DNA of 64,000 nucleotides from Candidatus Latescibacterota bacterium (GTDB lineage: Bacteria; Latescibacterota; UBA2968; UBA8231): assembly GCA_965261395.1 (NCBI GenBank), contig OZ253462.1:1600001-1664000 (forward strand). Reading direction: 5' to 3'. Numbering within the stretch: the stretch's first letter is position 1; every line of letters starts with the position of its first letter. Positions 23,010-32,211 of this stretch are shown here, piece after piece. Below the pieces are notes generated by a model that made no database searches, was not told where the DNA came from, and was given only the letters and a program-made list of their open reading frames with translations. A program made the position numbers and the translations under genes.

Positions 23010-24986
23010 TCACGACGGGAACGGCACGGGAATCTCATCGCCGTGCCACGGGAAGGCGTAGCTTGGCGCATTGCAGAAGCGGTCTAGCCCCGCTCCGACG
23101 CGAATCGCCGTTGACGGCGGCAGTTCCACCGAGAAGTACTTCCCTTCTACAGTGGTCGCCACCTCGCCATCCTTCCCTGCGGCGCGGTATTTGAGCTGCG
23201 TGAAGCGATGCTCGCCAAAGGCACCGGCCTGCACAATGAGACGGCGCGTCTCGTGCCGCGACGTGTTGACGAGCTGGATGCCGACCACAGCCGGTCCCAG
23301 TTCATCCACCAAGGCCGCCACGTCTAAGGGTAGCCCCGGACGCAGGCGATCGGCGTCAAAGTAGCGCACGGTAGCGCGCAGCAGGCCGCCGTTATAGACC
23401 GACTGCGGCGCTCCTAGCGCCACTTGGGTCAGCCCCTTGGTCAACACTGGCTGCGACGGGAGTCGATTGGTGGCGATGATCTCCAGTGGACTGCGCTCGT
23501 CGGCGCGCATGGCCTCGTAGGTATCCAAGGCCTGCTGGTACTCCGCCCGCAGGATCTGCTCCGGCCAGCTCGGATTTTTGCCGTCGTAGTACTGGAAGCG
23601 GGCGAATTCGGTATTGCCCCAATTTTTCTCGCCCAAGGCCGTGCCCACGTCGTTCCAGTCGCGCTCCACGTCCCCATCGCGCACCAAGGTTATGAGTTCG
23701 TAGTCCTCCCGGGCCATAGAGGCGTGATACAGGTGCATGATGTCCTGACCCCGCAGCGGGGTGGGTTCCAGCCAGTAGCCCCGCATCTCAATGCCGTCGC
23801 TTACGTGTAGCCCCGGCGCTGGGTTCCAGTCCCAGCCGTCCGGTCCGTAGCGCACCGGCACGAGAAACTGCCCGTCCTCCCGCTTCCTGCCGCTATCGAC
23901 TTGCAGCTTGATTTGCGAGCGCAAAAAGTCGAGGTAGCCGCTGTCGCCGGTGAGCAGTTGGGCGCATTCGACTGCGATGTTAATGCCGTGGAACATGATG
24001 TTGTAGCCTTGGTAGTGGTTCCAACCGTACTGGCCGCCCCACCACACGCCTTCGCGTCCCCCGCCGATGACGCCTTGGGCATCGACGTTGTCCGGGCAAA
24101 TACCGCCGTTTTTCTCGGTGCGCTCCATCCACGCCTCAGTGTAGTCGAGAACCCACTGTTTGTACTTGTTGTCACCCGTGTACAGATAGGCATTGGTCAC
24201 CAACGCGGTGGCCGCTAAGCTGTTGGGCGTGTCGCACTGCAAGACGAGGCGGTCGAACAGATCGACGATCTGCTTGCGCCGCGCCAGATTTTCAAACCAG
24301 CGGGTCTCCAAGTTTTTGACGATGGGATACAGACTAGCGCGCACTCCGTAGTAGTTGGCCTGCCCGCCCAGGCCGCGTCCGGCCAGCAGCATGGTGTTGG
24401 CGTATTCCGCATCTGCGTGGAGCTTGGGGCCTTGGCTCGAATGGAAGGGCGAGCGCAGGATGCGGTATTCGGGGTCCCAGTTGGGAGCTTGGGGATCCTC
24501 GCCGATGAACATGGCCGCAAAGCTCCGCGCCCGCCGCATGTTTTCCGATACCGTGGGATCGGCCACCCCAAAGTCGTAAAAGGCCATATTGCCCTCGCTC
24601 AAGTGGTGCCACTCCATGGCTTGATCGAGGTTCCAGAACTCGTTGTGGATAGACGGCCGAAAGACCTTCTTGTGATCGTTGTAGCGCGTGCGGTGCTGGA
24701 AACGCTCGTCGCTGATGCGGGTGACCGCATTCCAGTTGCGGAAGTGGAGGTCGAGCAAATCGTCGGCCGCGCCAATCGCGTAGAACAGACCAAAGTTGTA
24801 TAGCTGTTCGTAGAGATCATCCACATCCTCGGCCAACAAAGTGCCGCCGCCGCGCTCAAAGTACTGCCGGGCGAACAGGCGACCCGACTCCTCCATCAGC
24901 GCGATTAAATTTCGCTCCATCAAGGCCCATGCCGGCGGGGCCGCAACCTCGGTCGCCTCAATCTTGGTCATACTATTTGCTATCAT
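23010..24986 (-). CDS. Large hypothetical protein, possibly an (alpha/alpha) toroid enzyme
   Basis: 658-aa ORF with GGAGG RBS; AYLYTGDNKYKQW and LLTGDSGYLD helical-hairpin-like repeats. Confidence 0.7.
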   Translation of the reverse strand: MIANSMTKIEATEVAAPPAWALMERNLIALMEESGRLFARQYFERGGGTLLAEDVDDLYEQLYNFGLFYAIGAADDLLDLHFRNWNAVTRISDERFQHRTRYNDHKKVFRPSIHNEFWNLDQAMEWHHLSEGNMAFYDFGVADPTVSENMRRARSFAAMFIGEDPQAPNWDPEYRILRSPFHSSQGPKLHADAEYANTMLLAGRGLGGQANYYGVRASLYPIVKNLETRWFENLARRKQIVDLFDRLVLQCDTPNSLAATALVTNAYLYTGDNKYKQWVLDYTEAWMERTEKNGGICPDNVDAQGVIGGGREGVWWGGQYGWNHYQGYNIMFHGINIAVECAQLLTGDSGYLDFLRSQIKLQVDSGRKREDGQFLVPVRYGPDGWDWNPAPGLHVSDGIEMRGYWLEPTPLRGQDIMHLYHASMAREDYELITLVRDGDVERDWNDVGTALGEKNWGNTEFARFQYYDGKNPSWPEQILRAEYQQALDTYEAMRADERSPLEIIATNRLPSQPVLTKGLTQVALGAPQSVYNGGLLRATVRYFDADRLRPGLPLDVAALVDELGPAVVGIQLVNTSRHETRRLIVQAGAFGEHRFTQLKYRAAGKDGEVATTVEGKYFSVELPPSTAIRVGAGLDRFCNAPSYAFPWHGDEIPVPFPS

Positions 24987-25126
24987 CGCCCACTACCTCC
25001 TATGCGCGAGAAAGGGTCGGACGTAATTCTAGGCGGCAGCCCATGCGCAGGCAAGCGGTTCGTTTTCAGCCGCTAGCGCGTTGGTCCGCTTGGCCGCTCC
25101 AGATGCATCCTTTACCTTAAAACTCC

Positions 25127-25912
25127 ATGAACAGTAAAGACTATTTACACGCCCTCTTCGGCTGCCAAGGCCGCAAAGCCATCGTCACAGGTGCCTCCAG
25201 CGGCTTAGGAGCCGAAATGGCCCGCGTCCTTGTCTCGGCGGGTGCCGACGTCCTCGCCGTCGCCCGCCGCCAAGAGCGCCTCGAAGCACTGGCCAACGAA
25301 TTACAAGACCGCGCCGGAACCATCCATCCACACTCGGCTGACCTAAGCGACAGCACCGCCATCGCCTCCCTACCCGAGCAGGCGCGCGAGCAACTCGGCG
25401 GCTGCGATATCTTGGTTGCCAATGCCGGCACAGCCACCCGCGTCCGCCTCGAAGATATGGCCGAGCAAGACTTTGCCAGCGTCGTCGATTTCAATCTCAA
25501 AGCCCAGTGGCTACTCGCCAAAGCCTGCTTTCCCTTGCTCTGCCAATCGGCAGCCGGCCGCATCGTCAATATCGCCTCGATCTATGGCTTGGGAGCCTCG
25601 GTAATCAACGGCCTGAGTGCCTACACCGTCAGCAAACACGGGCTCGTGGGGCTGACGCGCTCGCAGGCGGTGGAATGGAGCAGACATGGCATCACCGCAA
25701 ACGCCATCGCCCCCAGCTATTTCCCCACCGAAATGACCGAGACCGCCCTCGATGACGAGAAGATGAGTTCCCGCCTGCGTGCCTTTACTCCGCAAGGGCG
25801 CTTTGGTCAGCCCGCAGAGTTGGCGACCACCCTGCTCTTTTTGTGCTCAAAGGCCAGTGGCTACGTCAATGGGGTCGTCGTACCAGTGGACGGCGGCTGG
25901 ACGGCGTGGTGA
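25127..25912 (+). CDS. SDR family oxidoreductase
   Basis: TGASSGLG, NAG, NIAS, YTVSK, VDGG. Confidence 0.93.
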   Translation: MNSKDYLHALFGCQGRKAIVTGASSGLGAEMARVLVSAGADVLAVARRQERLEALANELQDRAGTIHPHSADLSDSTAIASLPEQAREQLGGCDILVANAGTATRVRLEDMAEQDFASVVDFNLKAQWLLAKACFPLLCQSAAGRIVNIASIYGLGASVINGLSAYTVSKHGLVGLTRSQAVEWSRHGITANAIAPSYFPTEMTETALDDEKMSSRLRAFTPQGRFGQPAELATTLLFLCSKASGYVNGVVVPVDGGWTAW

Positions 25913-25939
25913 CCGATCCATCCGCTAGGAATTGACACT

Positions 25940-26923
25940 ATGAAAAAGCGAATCCTCGGCCGCACGGGCCTAGCCGTGAGTGAGCTGTCGCTCGGCGGGC
26001 TTTTCGTCTCGTCCCTTGGTGCGGCCTTCGAGCAGAGCAAGCAGGCCGTGATGCGGGCCCTCGAATTGGGGGTCAATTACATCGATACCGCGCCGACCTA
26101 TTTCGACAGCGAAGAGGTCTTGGGCAAGGCATTAGAAGGCGTGGAAACGCCCTTTTACCTTTCGACCAAGATTGGGGGACGCCTTACCCCCTTCCTGCCG
26201 CAGGACCCCGCCTGCTTGCGGCGCTCGGTGGAGGAAAGCCTAGAGCGCCTCAAGCGCGACCGCGTCGATATCCTGATGGTCCACGAGCCAGACCGGCCGC
26301 GGATGTACGATTGGTGGACCGGCGAAGAATACAATGGCCCGGTGTTAGAAGTTCTAGACGAACTCAAGAAGGAGGGTCTCGTCGATTACATCGGTCTAGG
26401 ATCGACCACGGCTTACCACATCGAGCCTATTATCCGCACGGGCCGCTTCGACATCCTGCTTACGGCCCTCAACTACAGCTTGCTCTGGCGCGAGGCCGCA
26501 CACTGCGCCTTGCCAGCGGCGCACGAACACAACATGGGAATCGTCATCGGCTCGCCGCTACAAATGGGTGCCCTTTCCCCAGCCCACGAGGAAGAAGTAC
26601 GGCGGGGGGTACTATGGCTGAGCCAGCCGCGCCAGCAGCAGTTTTGCGCTCTCTACGACTTTGCCCGCGAAATCGGCATCTCCCTGCCCGAGCTAAGCCT
26701 GCGCTTCGTGCTCTCCGACTCGCGCGTCTCCTGCGCCCTGATGGGGGCCCGCTCGCAGGCGGAGGTTGAAGAGAACGCCGCCGCGGTCGCCGATGGCCCC
26801 TTGAGCAGCGAAGTACTCGCCCGGCTCGACCAGATCGCCGCTATGGTGCCCTTCCGACCTTGCGAAGAACCCTTCGTCCTGCCGCTAGGCCGGGCGTACT
26901 CTGGACTAGGACAGGCCCGCTAG
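25940..26923 (+). CDS. Aldo/keto reductase
   Basis: LGRTGLAVSELSLG, IDTAPTY, STK, SLERL, VHEPD. Confidence 0.92.
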   Translation: MKKRILGRTGLAVSELSLGGLFVSSLGAAFEQSKQAVMRALELGVNYIDTAPTYFDSEEVLGKALEGVETPFYLSTKIGGRLTPFLPQDPACLRRSVEESLERLKRDRVDILMVHEPDRPRMYDWWTGEEYNGPVLEVLDELKKEGLVDYIGLGSTTAYHIEPIIRTGRFDILLTALNYSLLWREAAHCALPAAHEHNMGIVIGSPLQMGALSPAHEEEVRRGVLWLSQPRQQQFCALYDFAREIGISLPELSLRFVLSDSRVSCALMGARSQAEVEENAAAVADGPLSSEVLARLDQIAAMVPFRPCEEPFVLPLGRAYSGLGQAR

Positions 26924-26934
26924 CAGACAGTTTC

Positions 26935-27651
26935 TCAGACCGGCGGCGCTTCCAGAAAAACGCGTACCCCCATATCGGCATAGCGCGACCGGCTCTCGGC
27001 CGTGCCATTGCGGAAACAGACTGCGGTATCCGTGCCCTGCAAGGCTTCGACCACGTGGCGCACGCAATCGTCAACGCTTTTGAACTGGGGATGGCCTCGG
27101 TGATTTAGGTCCATTTGCAGGTCGGTAGGCCCAAAAGAGAGGCAATCAACCCCGGGGGGCGCCAAGTTGAATGCACTAGTCGCGGCCGCCACGGATTCGA
27201 CTTGCAGCCACAGCACCCCGTACTGGTTCCACCAATCCGCATACGCCTGGGGGCCGCTGCTCGTATCGCCGATGCGGGCACCGCCGCCGTGGCTGCGCAC
27301 CCCTTGCGGCAAATAATAAAAATTGGCCACGGCCTCTTCAGCGGTCGCCACGGTCTCTACCTGGGGCACTTCGATCCCCGAAGGCCCCAAGTCCAAGCAG
27401 TTGCCGATTAGGTAGGTGTGACGGGTGTGCTTGATGCGAAAGTGCAGCGGCAAGTCGAACTCCCGGACCACACCCGATAAAGCGACCAAGCGGTCTTCGC
27501 TATAGGGCGAGTGCTGGCTATCGACAAAGACAAAATCGCACGCGCCCAACTCGGCGATTCGCTTGAATGCGTCGCGCTCGATATCGCCGCGGATGCCAAA
27601 CCCCACCACCATTTCGCCCCGCTTGATCTTCTGCTTCAAGTTCGCTGCCAT
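26935..27651 (-). CDS. HpcH/HpaI aldolase family protein
   Basis: FVDSQHS, LDLGPSGIEVPQV, PQGVRS, QVES, FGPTDL. Confidence 0.85.
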   Translation of the reverse strand: MAANLKQKIKRGEMVVGFGIRGDIERDAFKRIAELGACDFVFVDSQHSPYSEDRLVALSGVVREFDLPLHFRIKHTRHTYLIGNCLDLGPSGIEVPQVETVATAEEAVANFYYLPQGVRSHGGGARIGDTSSGPQAYADWWNQYGVLWLQVESVAAATSAFNLAPPGVDCLSFGPTDLQMDLNHRGHPQFKSVDDCVRHVVEALQGTDTAVCFRNGTAESRSRYADMGVRVFLEAPPV

Positions 27652-27687
27652 GCTAGTATCTCCTTTAAGAGAGTGCCAACGCCTCGG

Positions 27688-28572
27688 TTAGGTGTACAGC
27701 CCGAATATGCTAGCCGCCAACCAGAGCAGGGTGTTGATCTGCAAAGGCCGATCACTCCAGACGACTGCCGTCGGGTCGCCCCCTTGCCCCCGGTGGTACA
27801 CTAGATAGAGATAGCGCAACACGCCGTAGAGCACAAAAGGGATCGTCCACTGCAGTCGCGCGTCTTCTGCATCGCCCACCCCCATCGCGTACAGCACGTA
27901 GCAGACCATGGTCACGGCAGTGAGCACGGCAATCATTTGATCGAGAAAAGGCACGCTGTATTCTTCGAGGATGGCGCGGTGATCCGCGGCCGCATCCGCC
28001 AGTTGCACGATCTCCTGTCGGCGCTTGACTACAACCACGAAGAGCACGAGTGCGAAGATACAGACGATAAACCAAGTGGAAATAGATACCTCGATGACTA
28101 GACCGCCGCCAACGGCGCGCAGCAGGTAACACGCGGCCACGATCAGCACATCCACCAATACCACGTGTTTGAGCCGGAGAGAGTACGCCGCGTTGAGCAC
28201 CGCATAGAGCGCGGCCACCCACCCCAAATGAGGGTGCAGCCAGAACGCGCAGGCCAACGCAAGGGCTAACGCGCCCAAAGCCGCCCCCCATGCCACCGCG
28301 ACGGATAGGTGGCCGGCGGCAATCGGCCGGTGGCACTTCTCGGGATGCAGGCGGTCGTACTGGCGGTCGAAGATGTCGTTGAACAAATAGACGCCCCCGC
28401 TCAGCAGGACGAAGCAGAGGGCTGCCCCCAAGCTGCGTACTAGGTAGGGAATTTCAAAGAGATGTTCGGAAAATACGAGGGCAGGTAAGACGAAGACATT
28501 CTTGATCCACTGCCGGGGACGCATGGACCACAGGATGTAGTAGAGCGACAAAACGGGGCTATGCTTTGGCAC
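27688..28572 (-). CDS. UbiA-family decaprenyl-phosphate phosphoribosyltransferase-like protein
   Basis: MRPRQWIKN, YLFNDIFD, HPEKCHRPIAAG, KRRQE, GDPT. Confidence 0.88.
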   Translation of the reverse strand: MPKHSPVLSLYYILWSMRPRQWIKNVFVLPALVFSEHLFEIPYLVRSLGAALCFVLLSGGVYLFNDIFDRQYDRLHPEKCHRPIAAGHLSVAVAWGAALGALALALACAFWLHPHLGWVAALYAVLNAAYSLRLKHVVLVDVLIVAACYLLRAVGGGLVIEVSISTWFIVCIFALVLFVVVVKRRQEIVQLADAAADHRAILEEYSVPFLDQMIAVLTAVTMVCYVLYAMGVGDAEDARLQWTIPFVLYGVLRYLYLVYHRGQGGDPTAVVWSDRPLQINTLLWLAASIFGLYT

Positions 28573-28592
28573 AACCGGAGAGCAGAGGCCGC

Positions 28593-29153
28593 TTAGACCT
28601 CCATGATCTCCTTTTCCTTATTCTCGATGATCACGTCAATGGAGGCTACGTATTCAGCGGTCAACTCCTGCACCCTTTTCTGCGCGCTACGCGACTCGTC
28701 TTCAGAGATGTCCCCGTCCTTTTGGGCTTCCAAGAGCAGGTCTATCCCGTCGCGCCGCGCATGTCGCACTGCCACCCGCCCCTCCTCGGCTCGGTGCCGG
28801 GCGACTTTGGTGATTTCCACCCGCCGCTCCTCGGTCAGTTCGGGGATGGGCAGCCGGATGAGGGTGCCGTCGTTGGCCGGATTAAGGCCCAAGTTCTTGT
28901 CGGCGAGGATGGCCCTTTCAATCACGGGAATCAGGGCGGCCTCCCAGGGCTTGATCGCCAACAAGCGCGGCTCGGGGACGCTGATCGTCGCCACCTGGTT
29001 GAGCGACGTCTGTTGGCCGTAGTAATCCACCCGCACGTTGTCGAGCATGGCGGCCGAGGCCCGCCCCGTGCGGATAGATGATAAGTCGCGGCGCAGAGAC
29101 TCAATGGCCTTATCCATGCTCTCTTTTACTTCTTCAATGATCTCTTCCAACAT
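28593..29153 (-). CDS. frr: Ribosome recycling factor
   Basis: IRTGRAS, VDYYG, NPANDG, PELTEERR, KEKEIMEV. Confidence 0.98.
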   Translation of the reverse strand: MLEEIIEEVKESMDKAIESLRRDLSSIRTGRASAAMLDNVRVDYYGQQTSLNQVATISVPEPRLLAIKPWEAALIPVIERAILADKNLGLNPANDGTLIRLPIPELTEERRVEITKVARHRAEEGRVAVRHARRDGIDLLLEAQKDGDISEDESRSAQKRVQELTAEYVASIDVIIENKEKEIMEV

Positions 29154-29171
29154 GGCGGCCTCAACGTGTTT

Positions 29172-29774
29172 TCAGGCGTCTTCTCCCAAGACAAACCGCT
29201 CAAAGCGCCGCACGGTAATCTTCTCGCCGATTTTGGCGGTTATCTCGGTGACTAATTCGCCAATGGTCTGGTCGGGATTCTTGACGAAGATCTGTTCCAT
29301 CAGACAATTTTCCTGATAGAACTTCTCCATGCGGCCCTCGACGATTTTTTCGGCAATGTGCTCGGGCTTGCCCTCGTTTTTGGCCTGTTCGAGGTAGATG
29401 GTCCGCTCCCTTTCCACGGCGTCGGCGAGAACGCCCTCCCGGTCGACCGCCAAAGGCTGGGAGGCGGCAATGTGCATAGCCACGTCCTTGGCAAAGGCCT
29501 GGAACTCGTCGGTGCGGGCGACGAAGTCGGTTTCGCAGTTGACCTCTAGCAACACGCCGAGGCGGCTGCCCTGGTGAATATACGCTTGGATCAGCCCCTC
29601 ACTGGCGTCGCGACCGGCCCGCTTTTCCACTGCGGACAGGCCCTGCTTGCGCAAGTATTCAATAGCCTTTTCACTATCGCCACCGGTCTCTTGTAGGGCC
29701 TTCTTGCAATCCATCATACCCAAGCCCGTCTTCTGCCGGAGCATCCTTACGCTTTGTGCGGTAATCTGAGTCAT
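29172..29774 (-). CDS. tsf: Elongation factor Ts (short form)
   Basis: LRQKTGLGMMDCKKAL, EVNCETDFVA, GKPEHIAEKIVEG. Confidence 0.98.
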   Translation of the reverse strand: MTQITAQSVRMLRQKTGLGMMDCKKALQETGGDSEKAIEYLRKQGLSAVEKRAGRDASEGLIQAYIHQGSRLGVLLEVNCETDFVARTDEFQAFAKDVAMHIAASQPLAVDREGVLADAVERERTIYLEQAKNEGKPEHIAEKIVEGRMEKFYQENCLMEQIFVKNPDQTIGELVTEITAKIGEKITVRRFERFVLGEDA

Positions 29775-29805
29775 CGTCGTTTACTCTCAAAAATAGTTGA
29801 TCTGT

Positions 29806-30564
29806 CTATGAGGTGGCCTCGGCTACAGCCGGAACCTCTTCGGTCTCTTGCTTGTCGTCGCGGGCCACCTTCTCGGCCTCGGCCTCGGCTTTGCCCTCAA
29901 TCACCGTGTCGGCGATGAGGCGCGTGATAAGGCCGATCGAACGAATGGCATCGTCATTGCCGGGGATTGGATAGGTCACCAAATCGGGATCGCAATTGGT
30001 ATCGACGATAGCCACCGAGGGAACGCCTAGCTTGGCCGCCTCGCGCACGGCGATGTGCTCCTTCTTAATGTCTATGATAAAGACCAAGCCAGGCAGGCCA
30101 CCCATGTTGCGGATGCCAGCTAAGGTTCGCTGGAGCCGGGCGCGCGCTTTTTCGAGCAGCAGGACCTCTTTTTTCTTCAGATTCTCGTAGGTCCCATCGG
30201 TCGAGATACGGTCGAGATGCTCTAGGTGCCGGATGCTCTGGCGGATGGTCTGCCAGTTGGTCAACATCCCGCCGAGCCAGCGCTCGGTGACGTAAAACAT
30301 GCCACAGCGCTCGGCTTCCTGCCGCACGAGATCAGCGGCCTGTTTCTTCGTCCCGATAAAGAACACGGCGCGCCCAGCGCGGACCGTCTGGCGTACGGCC
30401 TCGCAAGCGGCTTCGACCTTGCCGACCGTCTTTTGCAAGTCGATGATGTGGATGCCGTTGCGCTCGGTGAAAATGTAGGGCCGCATTTTGGGGTTCCAAC
30501 GCCGGGTCTGGTGCCCGAAATGGGTCCCAGCTTCCAGCAAATCGCGAATAGTGAAGTCAGCCAT
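29806..30564 (-). CDS. rpsB: 30S ribosomal protein S2
   Basis: GTHFGHQTRRWNPKM, RWLGGMLTN, DTNCDP, PGNDDA. Confidence 0.99.
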   Translation of the reverse strand: MADFTIRDLLEAGTHFGHQTRRWNPKMRPYIFTERNGIHIIDLQKTVGKVEAACEAVRQTVRAGRAVFFIGTKKQAADLVRQEAERCGMFYVTERWLGGMLTNWQTIRQSIRHLEHLDRISTDGTYENLKKKEVLLLEKARARLQRTLAGIRNMGGLPGLVFIIDIKKEHIAVREAAKLGVPSVAIVDTNCDPDLVTYPIPGNDDAIRSIGLITRLIADTVIEGKAEAEAEKVARDDKQETEEVPAVAEATS

Positions 30565-30579
30565 GATCGCTCCTAAGAG

Positions 30580-30680
30580 TTAGTTGGACCTCCGTCTCCC
30601 TCATTTACACACAGAAGCCCCGCGGACGCCGAACGCCCACGGGACACTCTCTGCCGTGCATCGGGAAGCGTGTGTATTGG
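30580..30680 (-). ncRNA. rpsB leader / t44-like cis-regulatory RNA
   Basis: Minus strand reads tacacacg...gagtgtccc...tgtgtgta...cggaggtccaac upstream of rpsB; the ACACAC...GGAGG..AAC layout resembles t44. Confidence 0.65.
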
Positions 30681-30687
30681 AATGGGA

Positions 30688-31080
30688 CTAGCGCTTGGAG
30701 AATTGGAAGCGCTTGCGCGCGCCGGCCAATCCGTACTTCTTGCGCTCTTTCTCGCGGGCATCGCGCGTCAGAAAGCCGCCTTTCTTCAACACTTCCCGCT
30801 TTTGCGGGTCGTACTGCAGCAAGGCACGGGCAATGCCCAAACTCGCGGCACCGGCTTGGCCGCGCAGGCCGCCGCCACGGGTGGAAATATGGATGTCGAA
30901 GGTGTTCCGAGTCTCGGTCAGCTCCAGAGGCTGCACGAGGATCATCTCTAGGGAGTCTCGGCGCAGGTATTCGTCGACAGCGCGACCGTTCACGTAAATA
31001 CTGCCATTGCCGAGATGCAGGCGCACTCGGGCTACGGAGGTCTTTCTACGGCCGGTCGCTTCGTAGTTTTCTGCGGGCAT
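30688..31080 (-). CDS. rpsI: 30S ribosomal protein S9
   Basis: [40 protein letters not shown]. Confidence 0.99.
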   Translation of the reverse strand: MPAENYEATGRRKTSVARVRLHLGNGSIYVNGRAVDEYLRRDSLEMILVQPLELTETRNTFDIHISTRGGGLRGQAGAASLGIARALLQYDPQKREVLKKGGFLTRDAREKERKKYGLAGARKRFQFSKR

Positions 31081-31097
31081 GGACGCGTGCCTTTGGC

Positions 31098-31532
31098 TTA
31101 AAGTTCGAGAGTCTGGGGGGTTTGCGCTTGGTGCCGGTGTTCGCCGCCGACATAGACGCGGAGCTTCTTGAGTTGCATCCGGCCCAACTTGGTGTGGGGC
31201 AGCATGCCCCGCACGGCCTTGCGGATGATCCGGTCGGGATGCCGCTCGGCCATGCGGCTATAGGGAGTGACCCGCAAGCCACCTGGATAGCCGGTGTGGT
31301 GATAATAGACCTTCTTTTCGGCCTTGTTGCCCGTGACCCGCACCTTGTCGGCATGAATCACGATGACGTGGTCGCCCACATCGGCATGCGGGGCGTATTC
31401 GGGCTTGCCCTTGCCGCGCAGCACTTGGGCGATTTCCGAAGCTAGCCGCCCTAGCACTTTGTCCGTGGCATCAACCACGAACCACTGCCGCTTGATTTCG
31501 CCCGCCTTAGGGGCGTAGGTAATGTCGTTCAT
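31098..31532 (-). CDS. rplM: 50S ribosomal protein L13
   Basis: [28 protein letters not shown]. Confidence 0.99.
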   Translation of the reverse strand: MNDITYAPKAGEIKRQWFVVDATDKVLGRLASEIAQVLRGKGKPEYAPHADVGDHVIVIHADKVRVTGNKAEKKVYYHHTGYPGGLRVTPYSRMAERHPDRIIRKAVRGMLPHTKLGRMQLKKLRVYVGGEHRHQAQTPQTLEL

Positions 31533-31574
31533 CGTCTTTTCTCGGATTAATTTTCTTAAATATAGAAATGGATT

Positions 31575-31603
31575 AAGCTAAGCCCTCTATTCGTGCTTGT
31601 CAA
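31575..31603 (-). promoter_or_regulatory. sigma70-like promoter of the rplM operon
   Basis: Minus strand TTGACA, 17 nt, TAGCTT. Confidence 0.65.
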
Positions 31604-32208
31604 GACTGGTCCACCCGCCGCTTGCGCCACCAGCGCCAGAGCAGCACCGCCCCCACCAAGCACAGGATCCCCACCAATAATCTATTGTATTGTGCGAGCA
31701 GTTCAGTGACCTGCTCCCAGTTCTCACCCACCAAAATCCCGGCGTAGAGCAGCAATCCGTTCCAAACTGCCATGCCGATCGCGCCGCATAGCGCGACGGT
31801 TGGCCAAGGCATGCGCCCCAGACCAGCGCCGATGGCGATGGCCGACCGAATGCCGCTCAAAAATCGGTTGCCGAGAATGAGCGCGACACCGTAGCGATTG
31901 AGCCACCGCTCGGCTTGGGCCAACTTCGCTGCGCCCCGACGACCCGCGAAAAAGGCGCGGCCCCGGCTATAGCCCAAATAGTATATGACTAAAAAGCCCG
32001 CCATGCCTCCGGCACAAGTAGCAAGAAAAACCGGCCATATATCCAAGAGGCCGCTCCCCACCAGATAGGCACTAAACACCACCACCGTATCGCCCGGTAT
32101 GGGCGGCACGATATTTTCCAAAAAGGCACTAAGCAATAAGAGGCCATACACCCATAGCGGATCGACGCCCGACAGGGCCGCGAGCAGAGATTCCAAATAG
32201 GCTGCCAT
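31600..32208 (-). CDS. DedA family membrane protein
   Basis: ENIVPPIPGD, YYLG, RFLSGIRS. Confidence 0.9.
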   Translation of the reverse strand: MAAYLESLLAALSGVDPLWVYGLLLLSAFLENIVPPIPGDTVVVFSAYLVGSGLLDIWPVFLATCAGGMAGFLVIYYLGYSRGRAFFAGRRGAAKLAQAERWLNRYGVALILGNRFLSGIRSAIAIGAGLGRMPWPTVALCGAIGMAVWNGLLLYAGILVGENWEQVTELLAQYNRLLVGILCLVGAVLLWRWWRKRRVDQS

Positions 32209-32211
32209 GTT

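Noticed and set aside
27653-27679. CIRCE-like half-site gagtgccaa upstream of the aldolase gene
   Set aside because: The left arm matches only about 4 of 9 positions.
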